A DNA stretch of 64,000 nt, from the NCBI RefSeq assembly GCF_009914755.1, contig NC_060926.1; one strand, given 5' to 3'. Under the pieces are notes generated by a model, which searched no databases, was not told the origin of the DNA, and saw only the letters and a list, made by a program, of their open reading frames with translations. Source of the DNA: the human T2T-CHM13v2.0 reference genome, Homo sapiens. The translations under genes and the position numbers were made by a program. Shown one piece after another: positions 16,056-30,391 of this stretch (position 1 is its first letter; each line of letters opens with the position of its first letter).

Positions 16056-16486
16056 TAATACCTTGTTTCCTTACTTGTCTCACAATTCAACAGTAAAACT
16101 ATATGATTACAGACTACATCTTATCTCTAGATGTATTTGTAGTGCCTAACTTAGAGTCTCATATATAGTTAAAATTCATTAGATATTTATTCATTGATGG
16201 AGTAAATGAATCATACAAGTTAATGTCCAGAATTAAAAGCATACAAGTTATATCAAATGATTATATTTCCCAGTTTGAGCTGATATTTTGTACTTGTGTC
16301 AGGGTAACTTCCAATTATAACAAGCCTTGATCATACTCACAGTAGGAGATACAATATTGATCAGTTAATAAAGAAAATTATAAAAATCATTTTTATAGAT
16401 CTGAAGAACTAGATCAATCTAGTGCTCCCTTAGAAGGCAATGAATAGCAGATATATAAATGTTAGCATTATTGCAATTCAGATATA

Positions 16487-16888
16487 TGTCTTAGTTTGTG
16501 TTGCTATGACAAAATACCTGAGACTTGGTAATTTATAAATAACAGAAATTTACCTCTCACATTTCTGTAGGCTGGAAGTCCAAGATCAAGGTGCTGGCAA
16601 GTTCCATGTCTGGCAAGGTCTCTGCTTTCAGGATGATGCCTTGTTGCTGCATCCTCCAGAGGGAATGAATACTGTGTCCCCATGGCGAAAGGTTCAGAAG
16701 GCTCAGAAGGGCACAAAGGACCCAGCTAGTTCCCTCCAGCCCTTTAAAAAGGCACTAATCTCATTCGTAAGAGCGGAGCCCTCACGGCCTAGTCACCTTC
16801 TAAAGGCCCCACTTCTTAACACTGCTGCACTGGGGATTTAAGTTTCAACATGAATTTTGGAAAGGATACAAACATTCAAAGCACAGCA
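16487..16888 (-). mobile_element. MaLR solo LTR (MLT1A/MSTD-like)
   Basis: tgtcttagtttgtgttgctatgacaaaatacctgagac...aacattcaaagcacagca. Confidence 0.85.
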
Positions 16889-16892
16889 ATGA

Positions 16893-17227
<335 letters not shown>

Positions 17228-18399
17228 TACTCGTGCTATTGTTATCTGGCAAAATGAATTGACAATTTTATATATCAGAACTGTATATAAAGCAGACAGA
17301 ATATATGTTCTCATGTTACTAAGCGGTAATACCAGTATTAGAACAGAAAGATTATATTTCTATTTTAATTATTTGGGGGAAATTTAATTTAAAGACCCCA
17401 AAGCAAATTGAAAAAAAAATCTTACTTTGAAACAATTCAACAAATATTTATTGAACACAACTCATGTACAAAGCACTGTTAGGGGCTTGGATCTAAAAAG
17501 ACATATAAATCGTGTTTTCTCATAATTACACTATTTTCTTATTTTTCTCTTGAATTTTGAAAAAATGAGTTAAAATGCCCTCATCTGGTTTTTCCTAGAA
17601 ACCATTATATAAAAAATGTCATGCTTAGGAATTTTGTTTTTTAACTGAAGAAGCAACGCCTTACTGTTTCCTTGAAAATAGCTGATGTGATAAAGTGCTA
17701 TTTCACTTTATTTTGTAAAATGATGCCCTTTCTAAACATAAAATATAAAATCTTATCACATGTTTAAAAAGAGCTTATGAAGCTGAAATAAAGTCACCAA
17801 ATTGTATGTCCAACCCTGTAAACTGGTTCTGAAGAAAAAAAAATCCACGTTTAATTAGAACCATCTCTAATTATATCTCAGCCTCTATGTCTCCAAGAAA
17901 AGGATGTCAGCTAAGCTAGTGAGGTAACAAAGGAGAGCTCTGGTGGGATTTATGAGATCTACCCTTAAGCACTAGGCTGTTTTAGAGCCTGACACTTCCT
18001 GATCCTCTGTCTGCCAGGCCTATACCAGGGGAAATTGACTGAATAATTGATCATTTTTTCTGGTTCCTGAAAGATAACTGTAAAAGAATCAGGGGTTAAT
18101 ATAGTAAGGTTTGATATATAATTCTCCTGGGTCAAATATCTGTGTATGCTATCTATTGTCACCTGAGGCTTTTAAATTATTTTACCTGTCTCAGTTTTTA
18201 TTCTATAAAATGATTTATTAATCATATAAATTATCTGGTTTGTTATTGTGCAAATGAATGTAAAGAATGGTATGTATAGTAGACATTCATTACATCGTAA
18301 ATATTTTCTTTATTAGTATTTAAATAAGAACTCAGCAAACAGTTGTTAAGAGAAGAGAGAAAGGGAAAAGAATACTCTTTGGTTAGCTAAATAGCCAAT

Positions 18400-18590
18400 G
18401 CAGGCAATGCATTGTATGGCTTATACATGTTTCATTTCATCTTCATAGAAACAGCATAATAGGTACATTATTATTCTAAATACATAGATGAAGAAATGAA
18501 ATACAAATTAAGTGACTTTCTCAAGGTCATAGGTAGTAAATGGTGGAGTCAAGATTCAAATTCAAATGTTTCACTGTGAATCCCGTTATT
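18400..18590 (-). mobile_element. MIR
   Basis: tagatgaagaaatgaa...ttaagtgactttctcaaggtcataggtagtaaatggtggagtcaagattcaaa. Confidence 0.75.
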
Positions 18591-19554
18591 TCTTTTATAC
18601 CTTTACAAGTCTTTCTGACTTTTTTTCTATTTGTCTTCATTAATTACCTTTTCACCCTGTCTAATCAACTTATAATTTTTAATTTTTTTAAAAAATTTCC
18701 ACAACTTTTAAAATAATTCAAAGATTCATACTTGTTTCATTCCCAAATCTAGTTGTTTCTGTATCATGATCTTATTTTGTGTTTGGCATAACTTTATCTC
18801 TCTGAACAATTTACATATACTTCTAAAGATTCTGTCTGATTTCTCTTTTGAGTTTCTCAGTTCAATTATCTTCTTTTCGGGTCTCTAATCAATCTTTCTT
18901 GGTGTTAGACTTGCTCCAATTTTTATGACATTTGTTTATGACCTGGGTTTCTATGAAAAATATCCTGTGAAAATGACAAGTTCTTCACATTGTGGAGATC
19001 TCTGGTTGGGGGCAGTTTTAGAGAGTTGTTTCTTGGGGTTTCTATCCAACCTGGGTTTTGTAAATGTGGTTCAAATACATGTATTCTAAAAAATGCTGTG
19101 CTCGGATTTCTATTCAGTCATTCAGTTTCCACAGATGGCCTTCATGCCAAAGATCTGTACCAGCTGGTAGAAAATTTCCCATGACTATTTGTGGGCAAGT
19201 TAACTTTTTTCCAGGTTTTATTTTAATGAAAGGATCCCATCCTGGCTTTCTGATACCAAATTTTATCCCATCGCTGGCATCAAAACTCCAGTTCTTGGAT
19301 TTATATATGGTTCAAAGACCTTGGCAGGTAGCCACAGGGTTTCAAATATTACCTTTAAGTCTGTGGGTTTTCTTTTTCTCCTTCTGGCACTTAGATATTT
19401 TGCTTTCTTGCCTTTTTGCTCAGATAGGATTTTAGTTCTTTAGATTCATTTTACTGAGCATTTTTTTTGCATATAGAGTGGAGAGTGGTTAAATTTCCAA
19501 ATGTATTGTTTTGTCTAACTTCCTCCCCAGATATTTGTAAGGGTCATTTATATG

Positions 19555-19660
19555 CAGGATGAGCATATCATTTCTCATCCAAATTTTTGAGGGAAGCTGG
19601 GCACTATTAATAATTATAGTGGGACAATAGAACTGTTGGTCAGGGTAAACGGTCATTCTC
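19555..19660. mobile_element. MER94-like hAT-Blackjack MITE
   Basis: catatcatttctcatccaaa...gggcactattaataattatagtgggacaa...ggtcattct. Confidence 0.55.
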
Positions 19661-20864
19661 ATTCTATGGAAATGAATATATTAAAACATTCAAAGAGAAT
19701 AGGTTTGAGAGGAAGTCTTAATTGGTCTACTCATTGGAATTGCAGGAAAAACGGGGAAACTGGGAAATTTGATGGAAAGGTTACTTTGTGGGCATTTAGG
19801 GATTGAGGCTTCCTGGTAATTCTAACAGTTCATATGCAGTCTGTGTACTCCCTGAAAACTAATGCTATAATATAGTAGCTTCTGTTCATTAAACTCCTTA
19901 ATACAAATCTGTTCTAAGGAAATTGGGAAAAAATGGTCTACAGGGTAAGATGAGTACTACTTGCTTCAATGTAGTTACTATTCCCCAGTTTCCCATTTAG
20001 CAAATAAAGTGTGGACTTCATAAAAAAATTTAATGGGTCCTTTATCACAGCTGCAGGCTGCTTGGAAGACACCGATTCACACAAAAATTGAAAGGATATA
20101 AAAACAGCATGATTTTAGAATTTTTATACTGGTACTCTACATAGATTGCTCTGAATAACAATTTCCCTTGTCTTTCAATGAGATGCAAATTATATAGAAT
20201 ATTTTTAAAACCCCGTCTGCTGATAGGCTTATCTATCTATTCATTTATTTATATGCAACAAACCTCATTTCATGAAAGAATTTGCAGTAGAAGTAATTAT
20301 ACTGGCCAGGTATCTAGCAGAATTATAGTGAGGGAAACCATTAAATGTTATTTTTGCCACATGGAATTTTAGAATTGGTGAGACCTTACAGATTATATTA
20401 TTTTTTGTGACCTTAATTAGGCAATCTGACTATTCATCATTATTTGAGGCCCTGAGAAAATTTTGCCTTCTATAATCAGCAGGCCTTTTATGTTTTCCAC
20501 TTAACCACAGCTGGTCTTATAGGTCATTTTCAGTAGCTTGGCCTACTAATAACTTTCAGTAATTACAATGTTAACATCTCTACAAGATGAGGAAGTTCTC
20601 AGCATTTGTAATATGATTTTATACACCTGAACAGCATGGAACAACTTGAGACACTGGAGGAGGGCTCATTCTGAGACCTTAAATCAAAGAGTGAGCTGTA
20701 CATCAGCCCAGCCAAGCTTGTTTGGCAGCTACAGACCTGAATCTTCATGAATTGGGGATGTTTGTTCCTCTGCCTGGGAAGTTTATATTCTTCTTCCCAT
20801 CCCTGCACCCAAATCCACTGACAAGTCTATGTATCCTGCAAATGCCAGTTTCTCTGTAGCCCAG

Positions 20865-21218
20865 TGTATTAGTCCATTTTCATGCTGCTATATACCCAAG
20901 ACTGGGTAACTTATAAAGAAAAAGAGATTTAATGGACTCACAGTTCCACATGGCTGGGGAAGCCTTAAAATCATGGCTGAAGGCAAAGAAGGAGCAAAGG
21001 CATGTCTTACATGACTGCAGACAAGAGAGTGTTCAGGGGAACTGCCCTTTATCAAACCATCAGGTCTTGTGAGACTTATTCACTATCATGGAACAGCATG
21101 GGAAAAGCCCACTCCCTGGATTCAATTAACTCCCACTGGGTCCCTCCCACAATATGTGGGATTATGGGAGCTAGAATTCAAGATGAGATTTGAGTGGGGA
21201 CACAGCAAAACCATATCA
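20865..21218 (-). mobile_element. THE1B-like solo LTR
   Basis: tgtattagtccattttcatgctgct...ggggacacagcaaaaccatatca; TSD c(c/t)cag. Confidence 0.92.
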
Positions 21219-21769
21219 CTCAGCAATTCTATATTTCATAATATACTTTTGAGAAATAATCCCAAATGTGAAAAAAATTCTGAACAAAGATGTTCCTCTC
21301 TGAAGTATTTAAAATAGCCAAATATTAAAAATCAACAAATTATGGGAGGATGTTTATGTAAATTATGTCCCAACATGCCAAATTAAATGTAGAAACAGAA
21401 ACAAGGAAAAACAGGTCATGGGAACATTGGAAACACTTCAGATGATTTAAATTTTTCTAATATGCTTTTAGTATTTTCTGTGACATGTATGGATTGCTCT
21501 TTGATTAAAAAGAAGTTTCTGAAAAAAATGATGCTTACAATACTATATGATAAGATAAGCACTTACTTATGGCATAGTGCTATTTTGAAACATTTTATAC
21601 ACACCTTGAATTTTGCTACATAAAATATAAGCCCCCCCTTTGCACTAAAAACATTGAACCAAAATGTTAATAAAGATTGTATTTTCTTATTTCTTCTTAC
21701 ATTTCTATATTTTCCAATTTTGTAATGAGTTTTGATTATTTTTATGATTTGAAAAACACAAAATTTACA

Positions 21770-22344
21770 TTTTTTTTAGTTTTAAATTTTTATTTTAAGT
21801 TATGGGATACATGTGCAGGATGTGCAGATTTGTTACATAGATAAACATGTGGCATGGTGGTTTGCTGCACCTATCCAACCCATCACCTAGGTAATAAACC
21901 CAGCATGCATTAGCTTTTTTTCCTAGTGCTCTCCCTCCCTCCACCCCACTCCCCAACAGGCCCCAGTGTGTGTTGTTCCCCTCTCTGTGACCATGTGTTC
22001 TCTTTGTTCAGCTCCCACTTTTAAGTAAGAACATGCTGTGTTTGGTTTTCTGTTCCTGCATTAGTTTGCTGAGGATAATGGTTTCCAGCTGCATCCATGT
22101 CCCTGCAAAGGACATGATATTGTTCCTTTTTATTACTGTATAGTATTCCATGGTGCATATGTACCACATTTTCTTTATCCAGTTTATCATTAATGGGCAT
22201 ATGAGTTTATGCCATGTCTTTGCTATAGTGAATAGTGTAATGAACATAGGTGTGCATATATCTTTGTAATGGAATGATTTATATTCCTTTTGGTATATAC
22301 CCAATAATGGGATTGCTGGGTTTACAGAGTGGGAGAAAATTTTT
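21770..22344 (-). mobile_element. L1PA (about PA8-PA13) 3' end with a short inverted 5' piece
   Basis: Minus ORF 22008-22304 is the ORF2 C-terminus (WIKKMWYICTMEYY...SFAGTWMQLE); sense piece tacagagtgggagaaaattttt at 22321-22344; TSD ACAAAATTTAC. Confidence 0.9.
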
Positions 22345-22369
22345 ACAAAATTTACTTAAAAAAAAAAAG

Positions 22370-22625
22370 ATTCAGCCCAAGTGCGTCTTCCTCTGTGAAA
22401 CCTTTCCCTAGAATTATGTATGGCTCCATCCACTCTGATCTATCTCATGCCTGTTTAAACATACCTCTGAACATCATTCATCACATTGTATTTTGATGCT
22501 TTTAAGCCCCCAGATGTGATATGTCAGGATGGGCTTTCTGTCTTGTTCACTATTGAATCTTCAGCATCTAGATATTGCTTGGTATGGTAGATGCTTCCAT
22601 ATAAAATGGATGAACACTGAATAAC
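22370..22625 (+). mobile_element. L2 3' end fragment
   Basis: cttcctctgtgaaacctttcc...tgtcttgttcactattgaatcttcagcatctag. Confidence 0.65.
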
Positions 22626-23114
22626 GTTGAAACAAAAAGCCCTGTTATTCAGCCCTTCCATTTTTCAATGGTTGGCCTTGTGGACAAGTCTTACACAAAT
22701 AACTTGTTTTTGTTTCATGGTTGTATCTTATTTACTCACAGAGTTATGGATAATGGTTGACAATGAAAAACTGAGAATTGAAAGCTCAAAAGGCACAGTT
22801 ATCCTGGCTCCTGACATTAATCCTTAGTCAAAAGTGATAATATTTAAAATATGTTAAAATATTTAAAACGTAAATATAAGTATGTATTTATTTTTATGTG
22901 AAAATCACTAGCAGCTTAAAAACTATCATTTTAATAGCTTAGAAAGTAATCAATAACTATAAAATAGCTTTTTAGACATTTTTCTGTAAAAACATTTAAA
23001 ATTAGACATTAATTTTTTGATACTGCCTTACTGCCCTTTTACGATGCCCTACGATCCTTTTAAAATAGCTCACATTTATCTTCGTTTTTATGAATAATAA
23101 ATTTGAATTCCTAA

Positions 23115-23463
<349 letters not shown>

Positions 23464-26400
23464 AATGGTTCTAATTTTTAATTTGAAAATAATTTATTAT
23501 TTTTGTGAACATAATTTACATGAAAACACTAATTCATGGACCTATCTATGTTTTTTATTGCTTTTTTATGCTTGAAAACATGTTCCCGCTTGAAATCAGG
23601 GACATGTAGTCCTTCATTTCCTTTGCCTATCCACTCATCGTGGATGCTGAATATTGGACACCAGGTAGACTGTAACAAAACAAACAGTACTTCCATCTTC
23701 TACGCAGAAACCAGTGTGATTTAAGTCTCTCCTTTGGAGGAAAGTATACATTACTTAGATTTACAGGGGGTTCTTCCGTGAAAAAGGGTCTTGAGAAAGA
23801 GGTCCATAAGATGAAAGAGAAAGAAGAGAAATCTAGGTATCATAATTCAAAGTCTTAAAAACATTTAAAAACATAACTAGAACTGTTCCCGGACCAATGT
23901 CTAGGTTTCTACTAAGGAGGGTCCTTGACATCCAATAAATCATTTGTACAGGGTTGTGAAGAGAGGCTATCCAAGAACTTTAGTAAAAGAAGCTTATATT
24001 TCTCAGTTAGCTAGCACTAGGAACTGCTTATTCAATAGGACTTAATTACCAGCTAACTGTTATCTTTTAGTAAATAATTGCCCCTAGGAATCATGCTAAC
24101 CATCTTAGATCAATGAATGAGTGTCTGAAATTGAATAAAACCATAAGTAGTAATTTTGTGAAAAATTTAAAACAACTAAAATACCATAATAACACTGCAG
24201 TTTCCTGAAGATTTATAGAAATGGAGAAACCAATATGAAATATACCTCTAAAATATTTGACTGCATTTGAATAGCAGGCAATATTCATACTGATGTAAAT
24301 CACCTCAAACCACCAAGCAATATCAATAAACACACAGGTGTTTTCTAAACAGGATAATTTGGTTTCTCTGTATAAATCTTCTTTATAATTTTAAACCTAG
24401 TGATCCAAATAGATCTATAAAGTATGTAGATTAATTTGATCATGGAATGACAGAGAATGAATCAGATCAATTTCAGACACTATCACAGGCAAATATGAGG
24501 GAGTAAGACCCAACGTCACCCAAAGGCCAGAATGAGTCTCGTTACTGTGAATAAGAAGACATTTTCTTGTTGTTATAATATTTATTACATTTCTCTTTAG
24601 GAGATTGATGAAATTTACTCTTATTGTGAGAGTGTGATTAGCCTAAATGAAGAGATCATCACATAAGAAAGTTGATATAATAATATCAAAGTCTTGATAA
24701 AAATAGCCTATTTAAACCATCTTTGAGATGGAAATATTAAATCCCTTCATCTTTTATAATTGTTCATTTTAAGATGACATTTCTTATAAGACAAAGTTAT
24801 TTGGACATTTATAATGAAAATATGCCAGAGATATATCTTACCTTTCTGAATAATTTAAAACAAAAAGATAAGCTATTTCAAAGCAAATGTAATGTTTCAT
24901 TTGGTGAAGCAAGAATAATTAAATTCATTTTATAGTCAAAACACTTTAAAAAATGTTAGTGTACTGTGTACAGATTTTAGTGTAATTGATAATTTCACCT
25001 TTTTAATTATAGTGTTAATCATTATTTGCAAAATGTGCTTTTAATCTTTTTCTGAGTTTTGATTAGGCTTTGAAAGTCTTTGCTTAGACTATAGCTTTGA
25101 AGTTTTACCTATATTCATCTAATTGAGTCAATGTTTTATGAAATATAAGGAATCCAGAAATGAATCATTTTATCTTGATATTTCATTATACATCTTAGAA
25201 AATGGGACACAAGGCAGTTAAGTGGTAAGATTTTCACACAGGAATAATTTTGTTTGTCTTTCTATTAAACATTATTTGTCATTCTTACTCAAGCTTTTAT
25301 TTGTTCACTCAGTAAATACCTATAAACTATTTTTAGCATAGCAATGTGATAAAGATCACTGAAGGAACACTAAAAAATGAGAAAAGGTGCTTTATGAGAA
25401 GGATCTTTGCCTCCTACAAGCAAGGAAAGGAAAATCAGATGTACTGAATACCCACTATATTATAGCTATAATGCCCAGCATCTTACATAGACTATCAATT
25501 CTTAGCCCTTATTTCTGTAGAAGAGATCTAAATGGGGATGGAGCTGAGACTCAGATAGATCTAGTTTGTGGAGACACTTACTAAACTCCTGCTTGTGTCT
25601 GTTAATTTACATGGATGGATGCGAGACTGAAGGTAAAACAATACAAAATAAAAACTAAAAAACTATGTCCTTAATCTGAGTTGAGGCACCCCAGCTACGT
25701 CTGAAAAAGCTTTGTGGTTGTAGTGGTAGATGTGGGAGAGCACACATAGAATCCTGCCATTTTCTGGCTTGAGGCCTTGCTTTAAATTAATAAGGAATTG
25801 TTTCATGGCAAGTAGCTTCAGCAATAAGTTCTCATGGCTGTAAGGAATTAGTGGTTGTGGTCATAGGGAAGCCAGTGATATCTCAATTCATCTCATCACC
25901 CTATTCATGATGACATGAATATATGTAGGGAAAACCCAGTGGCTCAGCATTGAGACCCTCACAGATCAATGTTCATATAGGGTCAGACATATTCAACTTA
26001 TTACTTGAATGGCTTAGTCAGAAAACAGCCAAGCTATGACAGCACCATTAGAATCCATTAGAATTAATGTCAAACTCTGGAGTAGCAGAGAACCATGGCA
26101 ATGGAGAAACACAGAGCTGAAGGGTCTAAATGGACTGTATGGCAGATCTTGGAATCGCAGAGGCCACATTGATCCATGAGTGCAGGTAAGACTGTCTTGA
26201 AGAATTCATGGAGCTGTTGGAGACAGCCATGAAATCCTGAGAAATGGAGAATGAGGAGGTGTAAATAGGCCTACACTTCAAGAAATTTGCTTTTAACTCT
26301 TCATATTAAATGTTATACCCAGAAGCTTGTGAGGTAGAGGAAAATTCAGGCTACATATGTATGCATGTAGATGTATATTTTAAAATTCTCTATTTTGTTT

Positions 26401-27389
26401 CAAAATGGTGGAACATTTTGTATCTTTGAAATTACCAATGACAGAGTTGATTATTACCAATGATAGAGTTACAATGATAAATTACCAGTGATAGTTTATT
26501 AATATTTTAAGTAATAAAGATAAGGAAAGAGAAAATAAGTTTAGGCAGAAAATAAGATTCAAAAAGATAAAGAACATGACTAAAAAACAAAAGCACAAAA
26601 TAAAGGCAGAGCTGGGATTTAAATTCATACCTCCCAAAGTCAATGCTATAATATCAATGGAGACTACAGACATAATTTGTTTAAAGTTACTTCTGTATGA
26701 GAGATTATGAGGTGGGGTGGAAAAAATGAAGGAGCTTCCGTGTGAATTGCTAAGGTGCACTGATGTAAAAGTGCAAAGGTTTTCTCCCTTTTTTTTCTGA
26801 ATTTAAAATAATTTTTCCTGAATTTTTGTTCTTTACAAAAATCATGTTCAATTTTATGATTCAATGTTAATTTTATACAAACTGTCTATAAAACAACTTC
26901 TGGATTTCATAAGTATCTATGAGTTTTCTTTATGTGATTTAAACATAGTACTTCACAATCGAAATCAACATATTATGTTATTGAAATGCTGGAACATTAG
27001 ACCATTTTGGTATATGCATCCAATATCCTAATATGTTTCATTCTTATGCTTATATAATTAAAATAGATGCAAAACAAATAAGTAAAGATTTTGTGCCAAT
27101 TTGCCCAAAAAGTAGATCTATTAATAATAGCAAGAATATTTTAAAACTGAAACATAAAAATTTGGACCATCTAGTATAGTGAAACAAGATAGTATAGAAC
27201 AGAATAAAAATGTTTTTATAACCAGCTGGGTTTTACAATAGATACAGTAGAAGAAAAGCCATTTCTATGTGATTTTTACAGATGGAACATACACTGTTTG
27301 GCTTTACAGATGAAAGTTTATATATAGTAGCATTAAAAAAGTTACTTTAGATTATATTTTAAGCCAAAGTTAAGGTTGAAGCAATGATG

Positions 27390-27625
27390 TAATTGAAAAT
27401 GCATAGACTTTGAATGTGGACATCTCCGACTAAGAGTTGTACATCACTTATTTACTAACTGTGATACCAAATAAGTTACTTAAATCTTCTGACCCTCAAT
27501 TTTATTATCTGTAAATGGATGTCATAATACTGTCGTTGTTGGATTGTACTAAGGATGGAATGGGATGATATATGGAAAGCAGCAAGTCCATGGTGTGACA
27601 CCTGGATAGGAACTCGATAAATCAT
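27390..27625 (+). mobile_element. MIR
   Basis: tactaactgtgataccaaataagttacttaaatcttctgaccctcaatttttattatctgtaaatgg. Confidence 0.75.
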
Positions 27626-27711
27626 GGGGATTATGTGTTAAATGAAACAAATTTACCAAATTAATCTTTCTGCAACAGATATAATTTTCTCCTATCTCTA
27701 GCTGTTCACAT

Positions 27712-28030
27712 ATATGAATCTCATTATACTAAGTGAAAGAGGCCAGATATGAAGGTTACATATCATATGCTTCCATTGGTATACTATCCTGGAAAAGCCA
27801 AAACTACAGAGATGGAGAAAGGTAAATGTTTATTAGAAGCTGATGGTGGGGGTAGGAGCTAACAACAGATCCATGGGGGAATTTTGGGAGGCGATGAAAC
27901 TATTCTACACCTTGATTGTGCTGGTGTTTACATGACTTCATTTGTGTGCGAGAATGACAGAGTATACTTTAAATAGCTTGATTCATTGCATGCAAGGTAT
28001 ACCTTAATAAAAATAATTTTTAAAATTGAA
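27712..28030 (+). mobile_element. L1MC/ME 3' end
   Basis: ctaagtgaaagaggccaga, ggaaaagccaaaactacagaga, tgaaactattctacaccttgattgtg. Confidence 0.75.
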
Positions 28031-28840
28031 AAAAACAAAGCACCCAATTGTTGTTAATTAGATAGTTGATGAAATCATGTTCCAGAAGAGAATCAAAGGC
28101 ATATTCAGAAAAAGCAAATAATTGGTGGAATTTTCATTTGCAAATTTGGTGCTTAGACCTAGTGTTTGTTGCTTAAAAGCTCAGAGGGAACACAAAGCAT
28201 ATTCGTAAAACTTCTCAATGAGATCAAGTTGAAAAGCAAGTGATAAAAGTAACAATCACCAAAATACAAGATGAGAAATTGAAGTAGCATTGGAAAAGGA
28301 TAAAAGGAAAATACATTTAAAGACGTAGGAGGCATGTATCCACAGGAGGTAAATGCTGGTTGTGTTCAAGACTTTCAGAAATAAGATAAATCTACAACAA
28401 GAATATATAAGCAATATGAGTGTAATACATATTGAGAGGTCTTCATGAACATATAGCTACCGGTAAGTAGCGATCATGAAAATGCTGAGTCACAAATTCT
28501 GTACAAACCTATTAAGGGAATTTGTGCTGTTCATCAAAGTACACTTTTTAAGCATTTGAAGGGTTAGATTGATCTATTCTTTCTGTTTTTATCACAGTGA
28601 AAACCACACACAAATAGCTCTAAATCATAGCCTAAATTATGACTTCTGGATATTTTTAAAGGGCGATCAGGGTGGTATGGCATAGAGGGAGGTGGAAGAG
28701 TCTTGTAGGAGGCAGATAGTGGAGGTTAGGAGCAAAAGCTTTTGAGTCAAAGAGATGGAATATTCAACAGTTTTGTAAAAATTCAACACGTCTCAGAGTA
28801 TTAGACACAGTGAGTGGCACAAAATTAGGACATAAGTAAC

Positions 28841-29276
28841 TGTGGCTTTGGTGGACATGGGAAAGTGCCTTTCAGATCATTGAAGAAAGTGAAACTGATT
28901 TAGGGTATAAGCTGGTGATTCTGAAATTTATTGCTGTGTAAGTGCTAATGACTGTGGCAAAGACACCGAGACAGACAGTTCCTGGGAGATTAGGTGATGG
29001 GTAGATTCTTTCTGACAGGTGACTTTGGGTGAAGGACTCCTCAACAGTCTGGCTGAATTTCCTTTAAAACTGCTCTGCAGTCTAAGATGTTTCTACCCAA
29101 GCTTCCTTTCTCTCTTCTCTCCTTCACTTGAGATCAGAAATGCATGGAGATCTGATGGCACTCCCAGCCTCTTTCAATATTGTTCCCATTTTCAGTCACA
29201 GGTGTTTTCCTTAAGATTTTCTTTCACATTGGATTCAGTCTTGACCTCTGTTTCTCACAGAACGTTGACAAATACA
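28841..29276 (+). mobile_element. LTR16-type ERVL solo LTR
   Basis: aaggactcctcaacagtctggctgaa...actgctctgcagtctaag...tcttgacctctgtttctc...aataca. Confidence 0.7.
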
Positions 29277-29689
29277 GAAGCTACTTGTCACTGTTGTTGA
29301 TATTAATTTACTATTTCTGTGGGCAATAATTTTTAAACTTAGGGATGTATTCAGTGGGACTTCTGTTGAGATATTTAATGGGAGATAGATTTTTATTTTT
29401 ATGACAATGAGTGGATTAAACCGGGATGTCCTTGAGTGAGGGGAAAGGGTTACAATGGCAGTAATGGTCTAGACCCATGCATTCTGACCCCAAAAGCCAA
29501 AATCATTTCTAACAAATCATTTTCTATTCTGTTCTTAATTATTTATGAACATCTGTCCACCACTTATGACACTCTATTTCACTATTGTGTCATTTTGATG
29601 ATAGAGGAGTTATTCTTAAAATCTCATGAAAAGATCCCCTTTTAAATATCGCTTTAAAAATCTCTACAGATGCAGAGAACAACCCCATT

Positions 29690-29950
29690 CAATCCTTCAA
29701 GATTGTAATCAGGTCACCATTTCGTATATTTTTTTTGTTCTAGTATAAAGAGCCAATTTCATTCATTAGTTTGTATATTCATTTTTAGCAAGTAATTTGG
29801 GTGCCTTATTATACTATTTTTTGCCAATTTCATTATTTCTGTTTGTATTTCTTGAACTCTCTCCAATTATTCTAGAATTTTTTAAAGGCTGATGATCAAT
29901 ATTAGGCATTATTATAATAAGGATCTCACTTGCTGAAAGGATTACTCACT
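29690..29950 (-). mobile_element. Possible L3/CR1 fragment
   Basis: gaactctctccaatt...aatattaggcattattataataaggatctcac resembles CR1 RT-region antisense. Confidence 0.35.
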
Positions 29951-30391
29951 CTTTCACTTTAATGTTATATTATTATATCACTTCTGTTCTTCAAATCCTA
30001 TTGCCAACATCACTTCTGTGCCAACCACTAGAAAGGTATGTACTAATATTTCACTTGTGATCAAACACTGCTTCAGATTTTTTTTTCCTTAATTTCATTT
30101 AGTAATCTTCTTTAGTGGTGTGTTGCATATCTATTCTGTTTTGCAATCTTAGTACCAGCATCTGGCTAATTTATTTACAGTGTTTTTTTCTTTAAGTTCT
30201 TCTTTTTGTTTCATTGAACAACTTGATATAAAATGAAGGTAGAAATTCAGTCTCACTCATTTATGAGTTGTGTGCCTAGGACAAATTACTTAACTCCCTC
30301 ATTTCCTAATGTAAAAAATGAGGATAATTATACCCAGATGATAAGTAAAATGTGGAAAACAAATGACATAGTAACATAAAGTAAGCACTGA

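Noticed and set aside
19064-19435. 123-aa ORF
   Set aside because: No recognisable domain; lies in T-rich, probably old L1-derived antisense sequence.
26180-26192. Strong donor CAG|GTAAGA
   Set aside because: No convincing paired acceptor upstream; isolated donors are common by chance.
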